A stretch of DNA of 64,000 nucleotides, taken from assembly GCA_035084275.1 (NCBI GenBank), contig CM068753.1, positions 12,648,001 through 12,712,000 on the forward strand, given 5' to 3'. Positions 1-12,800 of the stretch are shown here, piece after piece (the stretch's first letter is position 1; each line of letters begins with the position of its first letter). The translations under genes and the position numbers were made by a program. The notes under the pieces were generated by a model. That model was not told where the DNA came from. It searched no databases and saw only the letters and a list, made by a program, of their open reading frames with translations. The DNA is from Hydrolagus colliei (lineage: Eukaryota).

Positions 1-903
1 CGAATCGTGGACGAGGGACAACTTTTTGCAATTGAACGTGAGTAAGACCGAGGCCCTCCTGATTGGCTCAAGCCAGCGCCTCCGCACATCGGGCGCTGCC
101 AGCCTCAACATCCAAGGCTGCACTCTCCACCTCACAAAGCCAATCAGGAACCTCGGCATCATGTTCGATCAAAAACTTTCCTTCCTCCCCCACATCCGCG
201 CCTTGACCGGCACCGCCTATTTCCACCTGCGCAACATTGCCAGGCTCCGCAACTATCTTACCCCCCGCGCTGCCGAAACACTTGTGCATGCTTACATCAC
301 CTCACGGCTGGACTATGGAAATTCTCTCCTCGTCGGCCTCCCCAGTTCCTCCATTCATAGGCTGCAGGCCATCCAAAACTCTGCAGCCCGTGTACTATCC
401 CGCACCCGCCTCCGTGACCACATAACCCCCACCCTCGCCCGTCTTCACTGGCTCCCCATCCTCCAGAGGATCGAATTTAAGATCCTCGTCCTCACCTACA
501 AGGCCTTACACGGCCTTGCCCCATCCTACCTAACCGATCTACTCTCCCCCTACACGCCCACCCGGGCCCTCCGTTCAACAGGACTTGGCCTACTCCAAGC
601 CCCCCCGCCCAAACCGCCCCACCATCGGAGGCCGGGCCTTCAGTTTCTCCGCTCCCACCCTATGGAATGCCATCCCTCAATCCCTCCGTTTCGCCTCTTC
701 CCTTTCCTCATTCAAGGCCGATTTGAAGACTTTCCTCTTCGATCGTGCCTTTTGTTTCACCCCGAACTCTTTTACCTCCCCTTCGTGTTTCACCCCTTCC
801 CAAACACTCCCCTCCCAGCTCGGGTCACACGCCTCTTGTTTAGCGCCTTGGGACGTCCCCCCGACGTGAAAGGCGCTCTATAAATGTAAATTGTTGTTGT
901 TGT
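1..903 (+). mobile_element. L2-clade LINE, 3' end of ORF2 plus 3' stem-loop and (TTG)n tail; runs off the window start
   Basis: ORF 26..883 has L2 motifs LNVSKTE, RNLGIMFD, SRLDYGNSLL, HITPTLARLHWLPILQRIEFKILVLTYKALHGLAPSYL. After a frameshift near the C-run at 600-606 it continues in ORF 585..869 (GGRAFSFSAPTLWNAIP...FKADLKTFLF). Ends AGCGCCTT..AAGGCGCT then tataaatgtaaa(ttg)n. Confidence 0.92.
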
Positions 904-3024
904 TCCTTTCTTTGCTTGCTTCTTGCGGACAATGAAGTAGAGCACAAATTTATTTCCCTGCGACATCGCACTCAGAATGTGTTTTGGGCCTGCGTACGAA
1001 CACATTTTTCAGCAACCACAAAAAAGACAAATTTTCTTCAAGGGGTCACTGTTTGAGGAGTCACTTCGAGCAGTAGGGCATTGCATTACAGAAAGCCTCA
1101 TTTTATATCTCCCTATTTTCTTACTGCTTTGGTCAGGGATATTTTTTTAAAAAATCATAAGACCTGATTTCACAGTTCACTGCAAAATATCTAGCTTTCG
1201 GTCAATTTATGTTTCTCACTTGCTATTGATTTAGAATTTGTGTTTCAAAATTAAATTAAAAGTCCCCTTTTTTTATGGTAGAAAACATTTTTTTCCCCGA
1301 TTCAAATTAATGTATTCAAATTCCGATCACGAGATGGTAAGCAAATTAAAACTGGAACAGAAAAGCTTGATTTGGAAACGGTGGAATAGTTTAACAAAAA
1401 CCTAAATGGAATTACACAAGCTACTTTCTGTATTAATGACTGCAATTACTTGTAGACCTGTTGCATTGCAAATTTCACTCTTCCAGTTGTACTATATCTT
1501 TGCATTTTTAAATTGTAGCTTAACACCATTGAAACGTTTTCAAGGCACATCAGAGTGTTCTGTAAAGTGCAGTGACTCAGTATTTCTGGACTAAATTAGC
1601 TCATTTAGACACAGCAATGGCCCACAAACAGCTGCAAATGGAGTGACCAATTTTTAACTGGCGGACATGACTAGCACTCCCCCACCACTACACTGTTGTG
1701 GCAGCCTCATGTTGATGAGATCAGAGTCCTGACGTGGGCTTTAACCCACAACCTCCTGAATCAAAGGCACCACTCGATGTAGGGCTTGCGTAGGGAGTTA
1801 TTTTGCTGTGTTTTACTATTATACACAGTTCTGCTACCTGCTCCAGATCATTTGCCTTCGGTTGAATTCAAATTCTTATGATGAAACTTAGTTACAGCTA
1901 ACTTTATTTAGAGAATCCGAAGTGGCCACTGGCGGTTTAATAACCAATAAGGGTCATCCAATGGGTATAAATTTAATTAAGTTCAAAAAATTCTAGTTCC
2001 ACCAGCTACAGTGAAAATGAAACTAAGCCATGTAGACTCTGATTTGATTCTGAAATCACTTCCAGGAGATGGTTTTTGGAAGGGTGATTTGGCAGCCAAT
2101 TGTTGCCACTTTATTTGGGGTTCCTCTGAACTTTGTGTTGGTTTTATACTGAAGCCACAAACTCAGTGGCTTCTTATTGTGCTGCACAACGGGGTCACTT
2201 TTGAGTTGTGGAGCAAAACGGCTGGCTCAATGGTGGAGAAACCAAATGGTGCTTTTTTTAATCAGTTGCATAGTTAAGTCAATTAATGGAGAGAAAACCC
2301 AAACTCCTAAAAGTGAAATTGATAAATATAAGAACACGCTATACACTCAATCAATATCAGGGCTTTCTGAAACAAAATGACATATTGGGACACCAATATT
2401 CGAGTCAGATGCTGTTTGCTAAATTATAAATGTCTGTAATTAAAATCCAGGGGCTGTTTCTATGAATGATTTAGTATGTTATTTCATGTTTTGTCATGCC
2501 TGATTAACAACATTAAATGAACTTTTTCTTCAGTTCTTTGACTTTTCCATTTAGTTTTAAAGATACATTGTCAAAAGAATATTTTGTGGGGAGGCTTGCA
2601 AGACAGACCTCATTTCATCAGCTGTCTTTCCACAAAGAGTATGTGCACGGCCCATGGGGTACTCTGAATAGGTTGGAAATATTTTGGAAAACTTTTTAAA
2701 CTCCTTAAAAGATTTTTACTGCAGAATTTATGGCAGGGCAAATCAGACACTGCCATTTTAGTCCTTTACCTCCAACCCTGAATCGACCATGTTTTACTTA
2801 GAAGAATTTTTCTTATAAAATTCTTCATAGTGTGGTGTGCTCCTTTCTCAGGTCTCAACTCACCCCCGTTTGGTCTCTCTCCTGTTAAGCTCAACCTTAT
2901 TGTTCGTCATTTTATTTTACGATTATTTTAGTTTCTGTTAAGAGGGCACGGCTCGTGGGTGAAATGGATTGATATCGCACGATGAATCATTAATCTCAAA
3001 TATTTCTGCCTTTTCTTATTTTAG

Positions 3025-3178
3025 CAACAGCAGCCATTGTCTCACCAGTTAGCTCTGCAGCAGCAACTTTTACAAGTGCAGCAACTTCAGCAGCAACACA
3101 TTATGACATTGCAGCGTCAAGGCTTGCTCACAGTTCAGCAAGGACAGCCGACTCTCTCTCTGCAAACACTGGCACAAG
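3025..3178 (+). CDS. FOXP1: FOXP1 coding exon, glutamine-rich region (154 nt)
   Basis: ttttag|CAA...CAAG|gtaggt; [51 protein letters not shown](G). Earlier exons lie upstream of the window. Confidence 0.93.
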
Positions 3179-5207
3179 GTAGGTGCTCAAGCCCGACATG
3201 GGTCCTTTTCTCAAGCGAGCCTGTGTATCGGTCGGTGCAAATGGGGGCTGCAAAGCCACAGCAGTTAAGTTGTTCAGGAGAGGGCAATTGAGCAATGACA
3301 GGGCACACCAGCGTATAATATGAAAGCTATGAGTGTGACGATGCATGAAGTGTAATCTGTGCAGCAACACATCAGGGACACCCTTAGGTAATTCAGCGGC
3401 CATGTCATTGATTGATTTGAATAGTTGTATGTTATAGCTAGCTGTTCCTGTGGTGTTTAAGGAGCATATTTAAAGCCTAAGGGTGTCTATCTGTGAGCCA
3501 TTGACGAAATAACCTAAACAGAGTTGCTTCAGAGCTACACTTCTAGTGGTGCAGTAAACTAATAGTGGTGACATCTGTCCCTATGGAACCGGGGTCTTTG
3601 GAAAGCAACTGAGAGTTTTGGGCAGGCAGAAATACAAAGCAATTTTTTATCACTGTGATAATAGCCCAAAACTGATGTCATTATGAACCTTAAATCAACT
3701 TTATGCTTGCTTGAACATGGTCACCTGGGTATAGAGGTACAAGGACGAAAAAGGTTGAGCAACTGTGTTTGTCTTTCAGCCAGTACTACCTGGGATTGGG
3801 AAATTGAGTTCTATGAGTAGCAATCAATCACGTTTTCCAACAACACACATTTTTCAAAGTAGTGTCCATTTTTTTTTCATAATGAGGAAACAGCGTTGAG
3901 TGTGCTTAAAAGCAAATGAAACGTATCTCAGATCCATCGGAGAGAATCCTTTCAGCCTAATCTGGTTAAAGCATCAGGCCCATTGGCCCACCTGCTGTAT
4001 CTGTGGGTTAGGATCAGACTGTGCCCGTTCACTTTCTTTTTTTTTGTTTCAACTGTTTTGAGCAGTGGCCTTCAGGTCAGCAGAGGTAGGTAGTGGGTAA
4101 TTGTTGTCGTGCAGGCGGCTTTGTTCAGCCCAGGCTGCTATAAATAAATACATCCAACATCTTCTCTTGCAGAAGGTGTTTGGAAATGGCAGGAGGGTGC
4201 AAGGAAATAGGACAGTTCTGCATGGTGTTTTGCTCTGACCTTCTTCCTGATAGATTTGCCAGTCATTATTACAGCCTGTGAGAATCCAGGAAGGTTGTTC
4301 CACTGTCCTGCTATAATTTGCCGTTCTTTGATATGCAAACGATCTGCTGAGAATATGTAAAAATCCTATCAGTCTCATTTCACACTTCTTAACCACTTAG
4401 ACTCTCTGGAGTCTATTGCCTTATTAGACCTACACTGTCCAATGCTACCGTAATTAAAATCTTTAGCAGTAGTTTAGTAAAGTAAAGATGTTTTGGCTGA
4501 TCACTTTGAGATTATTATCTAATTCCTGCACCCAAATGAAAGTAATAAATTAGATTCTGACCCTAGTATTCTTACTGATCTGAAATGCTTGAATATTTAA
4601 TTGTGATTTGTAATTAAAATATAGTTACAACCACAGGTTTTTACTTTCTGCTTTGAAATTTCCACATTGGCTTTCAGAATGAAATAAAATTTTAATGATA
4701 AAGACAGGTGATTAAAAAATAATTACTGACATAATATTCTAATTTTGTAGTAAAATTGTAAAAGGCCTTTGAATATGGTTTAAATGAACCCGTTGCGTTT
4801 ACAGCACATTATTTTAAATTGTACTTTTTATATTTAAAGATGAATGTGTTTTGCCGTTAATACATTGCAAACTATCTGCAGTAATAACTCGAAGTGCTTT
4901 GATTTCAATAGCAGAGTGAATATGCAGAGAAGCCTTAGTCGTGTTGCAATTCATGGTAAAATAAGCAGATCAATTATTAGACATCTGAAGAATTTACTTT
5001 TAATTATCAACACTAACAGAATATTCACTGGGTTACATTATGTCTTGTTGCAAGTATTGTGGCACGTAGGAATATTGTTAAGGATTGTCTAATTAACATC
5101 AGACCTTGTTTACATACACTTTGGTTTTTAATTAGTGTGTGAAGAGGGTTTAGTCTGCTCTACATGGATCTGATTATATAATGTGGGGCTATTGCTGTTT
5201 GACACAG

Positions 5208-5406
5208 GCATGACTCCAACAGAATTGCAGCAGCTGTGGAAGGAAGTGACTGGAGCTCACATAATGGAAGAAAGTATAACCAAAAATGGCAGCCTAGATC
5301 TTTCCACAAGCTCAATTTGTTCTCCCTCAACAGCAACACCTAAGACCTCACTACCGGGATCCCTGATGAACGGACAGTCCACGCATCACACTCCAAAAAG
5401 GGAAGG
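5208..5406 (+). CDS. FOXP1: FOXP1 coding exon (199 nt)
   Basis: acacag|GC ATG ACT CCA...GAA GG|gtaggt; [17 protein letters not shown]...LDLSTS...HTPKRE; phases 1 and 2 fit the neighbouring exons. Confidence 0.93.
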
Positions 5407-6031
5407 GTAGGTACCAGCCGAGATGTGATTTGTCCGCAATGATCCAACTCATTTGCTTTACCTTACGAAACCCTTTTTATAGCCCGCGCTTTCAAATGAC
5501 GATACGTCCACCGTTCATCATCACCCATTATGGGTAACAATGCCTGTATTTCCTTTTTATGCGTAGAAAAGTCAAACCTCAGAAGGATTCTGTGGGAAAG
5601 CAGCCGTGCAGCGATAATGGGAGATTCTGAACAGAGTATTATTTGGGGACAAAGAACACCCAGTGTTTTTGTAACATGGCCGTTGGCCCCAATCTGATCG
5701 CTACACTTGCTTGCTTTTCAAGTTGGGAGGAATGCACCCTTTTAGTTGCAAAATTCACAACAAAAAAGATCCTGGAGATAAACTGTGTGCTGGTTCTTAC
5801 TGCTGGTTTTTTTTTAAAAAAAATGAAATTTGTACTTTTCAGCACCTAGTAGCACCTAGCACCAATTCCCATTTTGCAAACGCAACCATTTCACACCACC
5901 CTCAGGTGACAGTTCCAAGTAGTATTTGAGTTGAGAAAAATGGTACTGGGTGAATATTGCCAAAAAACCTTCAAACGACAACAAAATGACATTTATAAAG
6001 CGCCTTTCACGTCGGGAGGAGAAAAGAAACC

Positions 6032-6150
6032 TTTTGCCCACAAAATATACAGTCAATTTACTTTACAGTTTCTTCTTTGAAGTGCTTTAGTATGTCTAGA
6101 AGACGTGGAAAGCGCTATATCAAATGTAAGGATCACTGTTATTATTCTTC
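6032..6150 (+). mobile_element. SINE 3' fragment, with an opposite-strand tail fragment at ~5975-6020
   Basis: gcccacaaaatatacagtcaatttactttacag...agacgtggaaagcgctatatcaaatgtaagg. Confidence 0.8.
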
Positions 6151-7104
6151 TTATTAAAAGACTTTAATTTCCACATGTTGTCCAATGAATATACCCCTAA
6201 ATCTTATTTAATAAAGATTTTTTAAAGAAATAGATTATATTTTAAGATCTTCATCATAAATTGATCTTTCCTGTGCTTCTCAAACTCGAACTACAGAATA
6301 TGCTAATTTGTTACTTCCCTGCTCTCCCCCTCCCTTCCCAACCACTTCTTTTCCACGATAGTGTTCAGTGAGCAGCAAACACTGCTGAAAGCTGATGCTC
6401 AGTAGGAAATCCTGCTGCACCACCACACTCTTTCCGATGGCTCAGTTGGCAATGTGTTTATCCCAGGTGTACAAGTCTCAGTTTAACATCCAGTCTGTTC
6501 TGAGTTAGCTGGTCTGAGTTACCTTGTTGAAGTAACGATTAAAGTGTTACAGTCTGAAGTGGACTTGGGTGTAACACCCACTGCTGTGTATGCCAACGGC
6601 TATTTATTTGAGATACTGCCAACACCTGAAGCTATATGTAGTTCAGTAAAAGTCTGAGGAAGAACAGAAAACATAAAGAAACAAACATTAAAAATTATCA
6701 TGTATCCATAAAAATTAGCAAAGGATGTAGTCCAGACAGTATCTCGGAAAGGGATTTTTTCAAATTAAAAGAAATGTATTTTTTCTCCTTTTTTTTTCCC
6801 CGGCCAAACAAAATTGAAGCCGGGTATATTTTTGGGTTTGGTTACAAATGCAGTAGATTCCCCTGGAGTGATCCATTAAAGATCTCAGTGCCACAGATCT
6901 TTTGATGTGGAGTTGTAATGGAATTCCCCGTTCAGAGTCGTGCGTCTCACCCCAAACACTGCGATTCGTGAGCGGAGCAACTAACTCCCTTTGTTTTTCT
7001 TGTCGGGTCATCAATATTTTCAAACCTCATAACCCCTCATTTGTTTTTGCGTGCGTTCATGCGTGTTGGCTTCCTTTTTCTGAATGAAATGCTCAAACTA
7101 TCTC

Positions 7105-7216
7105 AATAATAATAAATAATAATCTTTGCATCTGATAGCGCCTTTCGCATCTTCTCAAACGCGTCGCGGAATATACCGTAATGTAAAGAGAACTGAATGT
7201 ATATTTGTGGGCGAAA
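7105..7216 (-). mobile_element. SINE 3' fragment
   Basis: (aat)n ctttgcatctgatagcgcc...tatttgtgggcgaaa. Confidence 0.75.
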
Positions 7217-10200
7217 AATATAGTAAATATGGAATCGGAAGAATATTTCAGCACAGAGAGGAGGAGAGCATGCTCTCCGAAAGAGCAAAGAGGTATTCAG
7301 TGCAATATTGGTTGCATAATGTAATGAAATTTAGATCAGAACATGTTTTTATTTCATAAGCGAAACGAAAACCGTTTGAATCTCTTGTTATTACTGTTAC
7401 CACAGCCTAACAGTAACCCAATAAAGGGAGTGTGCCTTCTACCCCTTTTGGTTAATGTCCCAAATATGGAAATGATTCCCAGATGAAAGCTCGGTTTGAG
7501 CCCCAACCTCTCTCTCTCGCTCTCTTTTTTTTTAAAAAGGAAAACAATCACATTTAGCTTTCCATCGATTCGTAACATTTTTGTAATACAACTAAAGACT
7601 TCTGTTCCGACAAACCAGCTTCACAATGAATTGATTGCATTGAACAAATGGGGTTAAATCCTACAATAAATTCAGGGCAGGGAGGAGGTAATGGGCAGTT
7701 TAGTTTGATGTGGTTTTGTTTTGCTTCTCTTTGTACGCTGTAGGTGTATGCTATCCATTTGCTCAGAGGGATTGAATTACAGCTGTGTCCTTAAGTAGGG
7801 CATAAGAATAACTGAGGAAGGGTGCCCGCAAATGCATTTAGGGTTTTAGTTGCAGTCTTGTCAGGCATCTTGGTGCCTGAACAGATTTCATGTGACACAT
7901 GAAACTTTGCTTCTTGAGCTGAATGCTGCTCAGTTTTCATTATAAATGAAGACAGAACCAGGGGCAAACAAACCTGTCAGTGGGGCAGACTGCTGGTTTT
8001 TTTTGCTGCCGCTGGGAATAAAGACAACTTTCTTAGGACTCCCGAAGTACGTCAATGACATGTTCGAAGCGGAAATGTTCACGGAAGTGTCGTTTTTTTG
8101 CCCACTTGTAAGGTGAACAGGAGAACACGCAAGATTCTGTCTGTCCCATATTCAGCCTAGCATCCATCAAGCCGCAGCTCTGGGCTTTGGAGCTACAGCA
8201 ATCTGTTAAGGAGATAAATAATCTGATTTGGCATGACACTCCCACTCTCCTCTTTAATTTGTCTTACACAAGGAAAATTATAATTAAATCATTCAGGGTA
8301 AAACCCTTGAGTGTATGGGAGGAAAAACAGTTTGATGGAGATTGCCAGTGGAGACCATCAGCCCTGTTGTGGTCTGGAGATATTTATCCACTGAAAGAAA
8401 GAAAAGAAATGCTTCTACATACATTGTGTGGGGAATAACTATACTCAAATCAAAGCCTTTATAAAATAAACATCTAGCCTCTGTGGTGGGACTTTAAAAG
8501 GGCAACAAGAGAGTCAAATAATACTTTTTTTTGTGTGTGTGTGAGAAACTACGTACAATAGTTTTTATTATAGTCATTATGGTTTTAGAGGAAAAAAAAC
8601 ACATTGTAAAGTTATTTATATCAATTCTGTCAAGCATACTAGAACGCCATTGGGCACTGATGTGTGATTTTTATTGTATATTGCTATTGACTGAACAAAG
8701 CTGCTGCCTAGCCACAGCAGCTGTTGAAACCAGAATAGTCAATAGGAAAAAAAATGCTGAAAATTGCTGGTAGGAGCACAGAAGATTTACCACATTAATA
8801 AAATGAGATTATTTAAAAGTTTTGTTTTATGTTGGGGTCAATTTTTTAATTTTTTTTACAAAAAAGCACACCTTAAATAATGAGTATCAACATAATTAAC
8901 ATTTAACACATACTTTACACAGTCTTGTATGGCATTTTACACATTTGCTTTCATATTCCGTAGCTTAAGATCTTCCTGTTAAATAGCGTCTGATATTTTT
9001 TGCCCTGTTAGAATTTTTGGGGGTTTTACTGTCGTGATTCAGATGCGAATCATTAGACAATGTATCAATCAGAATTTTGGGGGAGTGAGGAGGGGAGTGG
9101 AAGAGATAGGTGGGGGAAGAAAAACTTGTTTATTTTAAACGGAAATCTGAATGATATCCTTATTTAGACTTGACTTCACGCACCAGGGCACAATACTGTA
9201 TAATGAGTTTTAACATCTCTTTCTCAGATCAATTTGCAAAATCATAATATAGGTTCTTGATATGTAATTGTCACTTTTAAAGGGGTTTTTCGTCTGAAGA
9301 AGTATAGTTAAATCTCACTGTGAACGCTTCAGCAGATTTTGATTGCAGTGCAGTTATGACTTGTTATGCAAAATACCCAAAAGTAATTATATACTTTGTA
9401 GAAAAGCTGTTACAACACCCTCAATTAAATGCTCCTGGTACAGCTTCACCTGTACCTAGATTCTCTTTTGTTCATATAATGCCTTTCAGTGGGCAAATCA
9501 ATGTAAATTTGACCTACTCAAAAAGTCTAGCAGACTTTGGTGCACATTTGACCTAGTGCTGGATATGAAATATGTTCTTAAGACCCTAATGGCCAGTTCA
9601 TATTCTCAAAGAGATTTGATAGCACAGGTGGTGCTAATGTAGAACAGACCCCTAGGCACTTGTAGTCCAGAGTTGTACAGATTGTAAGCTGTCTCAGTCC
9701 ATATGGCAGGCTGTCCTGCTCTCTGAAAAGCACTGGAGATGTGCCTGCAGGTGGAATGGTCAGTTTAGGGTAAAAAAAGATTTTGTTTAACCATTACCAT
9801 CCTATTCTGATCAAAAAAAGACAAAGAACGTGTTTTCGGATTCGCTTCTGATCACATTTTATTTTAATAGTTCATCTGGTTTTGCTGAGACTTTGCTCAT
9901 GATGTGGTCAGCCACAATTGCACTTAGCCACTTTATATTATACAACCTCTAAAATCTCAATTTAAAAAAAAAGTGCATCATTTTGTTTGTCCTTCTGAGA
10001 AAGCAAGGCTTGGAATTATAAATAGAAATTGGGAGCTGCCTCTTTGAAATGTACAGTGACAAAATGCTGCCCTACTTTAAACAAAGGATATTTATAACAT
10101 AGATATATTCTTCTCCCACCCCCCCCCCCCCCACCTCCCCAACCATGTTTTTTGTTTTTTTTTCCCTCTCATTTTTCTCTGCTGTAATTAGAATCTTGCC

Positions 10201-11530
10201 GATTAACTGTTTGGCTTGGGGGTAGGGGAGCAATTGGACAATTTGATCCATTAGTTGGGCACTAGTCATGCTTTAATAATTCGTTTGAAGAATTCTATTA
10301 CACTTTTGAACCAAACTCTCTGATTGAAAATAATAGCAAATTGGTACCAAAGAGCGTTGGAGCTTTTCTGTGAGCTCTGGCTAATATTACGGGACAGGCT
10401 GACTCCAGAATTGCTGGGATACACTTGTGGTGAGTTTCATCAGATCTCAACCAAAGTTTCAGCCCTGCTTATCAAAGAGGAAGGAAAAATCAGAAACTCA
10501 AGTCATCCCTGGCTCCTCTTGCATAATTCTTAGCAACTGGTTATAGAATTCGACTGAAAGATGGGAAACTACACATGAGTTTTTTTTAAATCCCACTTAT
10601 CCGAATGTAGTTTCCAGAATACCTCCACATGCCCCAATACCTCCTCTCCCTACAGCTAGTTTAGGGTAATTGTGTCTCTACGTTCATAGGAGACTGGTGT
10701 CATTTTGAATGCAAATACCACTTGAAAACAAGTCAGCAGAAATACATATATGGACTTGTAAGTAAATTTCTCCATACCAGACTCTCAACTTTATGATGAT
10801 TTGAGCAGCAAATGTACCAGGCCTTCATTGAAAATAAATAAGCATCTGAAATGTCCTTTACTAATGGCAGCACAGTTTGCTTTGTGGAGTTGGGCGTTGG
10901 GGGTGGTGGGGAGGAGGGTTGGGGTAGGGAGGAATGTGGTTTAACACTCGGTTGAACAAAGATAACATCTTGCTGTTTACCACATGACCTGGATCATTGT
11001 GTCTTTTGACTCAGATCTATGCAGTTGAATCATTCTGTTTCAGTCTGGTTATAACGAGAACAGTGAGCAATATAGGCAAATTTACATGATATTGAACAAT
11101 GAGTGAATATTTATTTTTAGACTAGCGATAGTTTTCACCAGCCTGCTCGTGCTCTCGCCTGCCCATCGCTAACCTCCAGCAAAAAAAGTGACAGACCGAC
11201 CGACAGTCACCCATTTTCCAGCGTTGTTTTGATAAACTGAGGTGTGGCAGGTCCACAATCGCACAGTAACGTGGCTTAGCAATCACTGGAGGTCCTGGTA
11301 GCACAGACGAGAACGGTTCAACCTCCATGGCACTGTACATGGAGTGGATGGGAGCCTCTGGCACAGCTGAGGTTAGGAAAGTCTCCTATTTGCCAAAACG
11401 TGAACCAAGATGGTTCTACAGCAGTAATATTAAAAAAAAAGATTAAAAATGCTCAAAGGAGTAATTCTGTGTGGCACAACAGCACCGATATATGAATCAA
11501 CTTTTTAACAATACGTTCTGTGTTTATATA

Positions 11531-11820
11531 GTCTAGCTCAGTGGTTAGAGTGCACGCTTTACAAGCGTGAGACCTGTTGGAATCCAGGCAGGCGAAACCT
11601 TGGACAAGCTTTCCTACTCCACGTGCCTAATAATAATAAGCCCTCAAAAAAAATTGATCATTTAAATTTCAACCCACGACTGTTTGTGGGACACTGCTGT
11701 GTTTCGCCCACAAATATACAATCAATTCAATTTACATTACATTCTGTAGAGTCCATTGAGAAGTCTAGAAGACATGAAAAGCGCTATATCAAATGCAAGG
11801 ATTATTACAGTATTATGATT
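11531..11820 (+). mobile_element. tRNA-headed SINE with Deu-like domain and L2-type tail
   Basis: A-box tagctcagtggttagag; ...tgtttgtgggacactgctgt...; tail agacatgaaaagcgctatatcaaatgcaaggattatta. Confidence 0.88.
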
Positions 11821-12582
11821 TTACACTGTATAGTGGAATGCCATTTACAACAATGTATTTTGCATTTATTTAGCGCCTTTCACGCTGGATAGTCATGGGA
11901 GTGCGTCAATGTCGCAATATCTAATTTATTCAATGTTGTACGGGTAAAAATCCCAGAAAGGGCTACGGTTTGGTATGAACAAAGAGCAAAAGGTTTCACA
12001 GAAACTTGAGGTTCAGTGATATGTCTGTAGAAATGCTGTGCAGAAATACAGTTTGCAATCGTATAAAACCTTTCACGGCAGGAGGACATCTCCCAAGAGC
12101 TTGTTCCATGAGTTGCTGTTTCACTAAGAAGACTTTCTTGCAATGTGGGCATTCAATGTTGCTGCGGCGGCAGATCAGATTTAAACCCGTATTCAGCATT
12201 GTTTTCAGTTTTCTAGGCAGATTTGTTTGATTAATCTCTCGGAAATCTCAACGAGCCTGCATAGATTGTGTAACCGCAGTTGATCAGTTTCTGTAAAACA
12301 CTATGACACTGCGCTTGTACCTCTTTTCATTAGTGTTGTAATGGAATAAAACGTTCTCCACAAACCCCCAATTCAGGTTTGGTTAATACTGCGTAAACTT
12401 CAATATATATTATGTTACATTTTGAATGGGTTTCTTGTTAATTGAGGAAACCTCTTATAAATGCATACCCATTATACGTAACTCTTTAATATAACATAAC
12501 CGTGGAACAATTTTTTTTAATATATAACTCATTTCTTATTTTATAACATTACCAACCTTCTATAATTTGGTTTGACTGTGAT

Positions 12583-12610
12583 TCACACACACACACACAC
12601 ACACACACAC
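12583..12610. repeat. (CA)n microsatellite upstream of the zinc finger exon
   Basis: Directly visible. Confidence 0.9.
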
Positions 12611-12695
12611 TGGTGGGCTTATTGAGGGGCCCGACTTATTGCACTTGCTGTTTGTGGCAGCAGTGTAAATGTATCCTTTTCTCTTCTCGCTTTAG

Positions 12696-12800
12696 GTTAT
12701 CCCATGAGGAACATGCGGGCAATCATCCATTGTATGGCCACGGTGTGTGCAAATGGCCTGGCTGTGAGGCATGCTGTGATGACTTTGGACATTTCTTAAA
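12696..12800 (+). CDS. FOXP1: FOXP1 coding exon, first half of C2H2 zinc finger (105 nt)
   Basis: tttag|G TTA TCC...TTA AA|gtaagt; [34 protein letters not shown](K). Confidence 0.96.

Noticed and set aside
5407-5416. Alternative donor 4 nt downstream adding an in-frame TAG
   Set aside because: The second GT is simply part of the GTAGGT consensus, and GTACCA is a weak donor.
12440-12580. Tigger-like MITE
   Set aside because: Only one plausible terminus (ggtttgactg); no convincing partner TIR or TA duplication.
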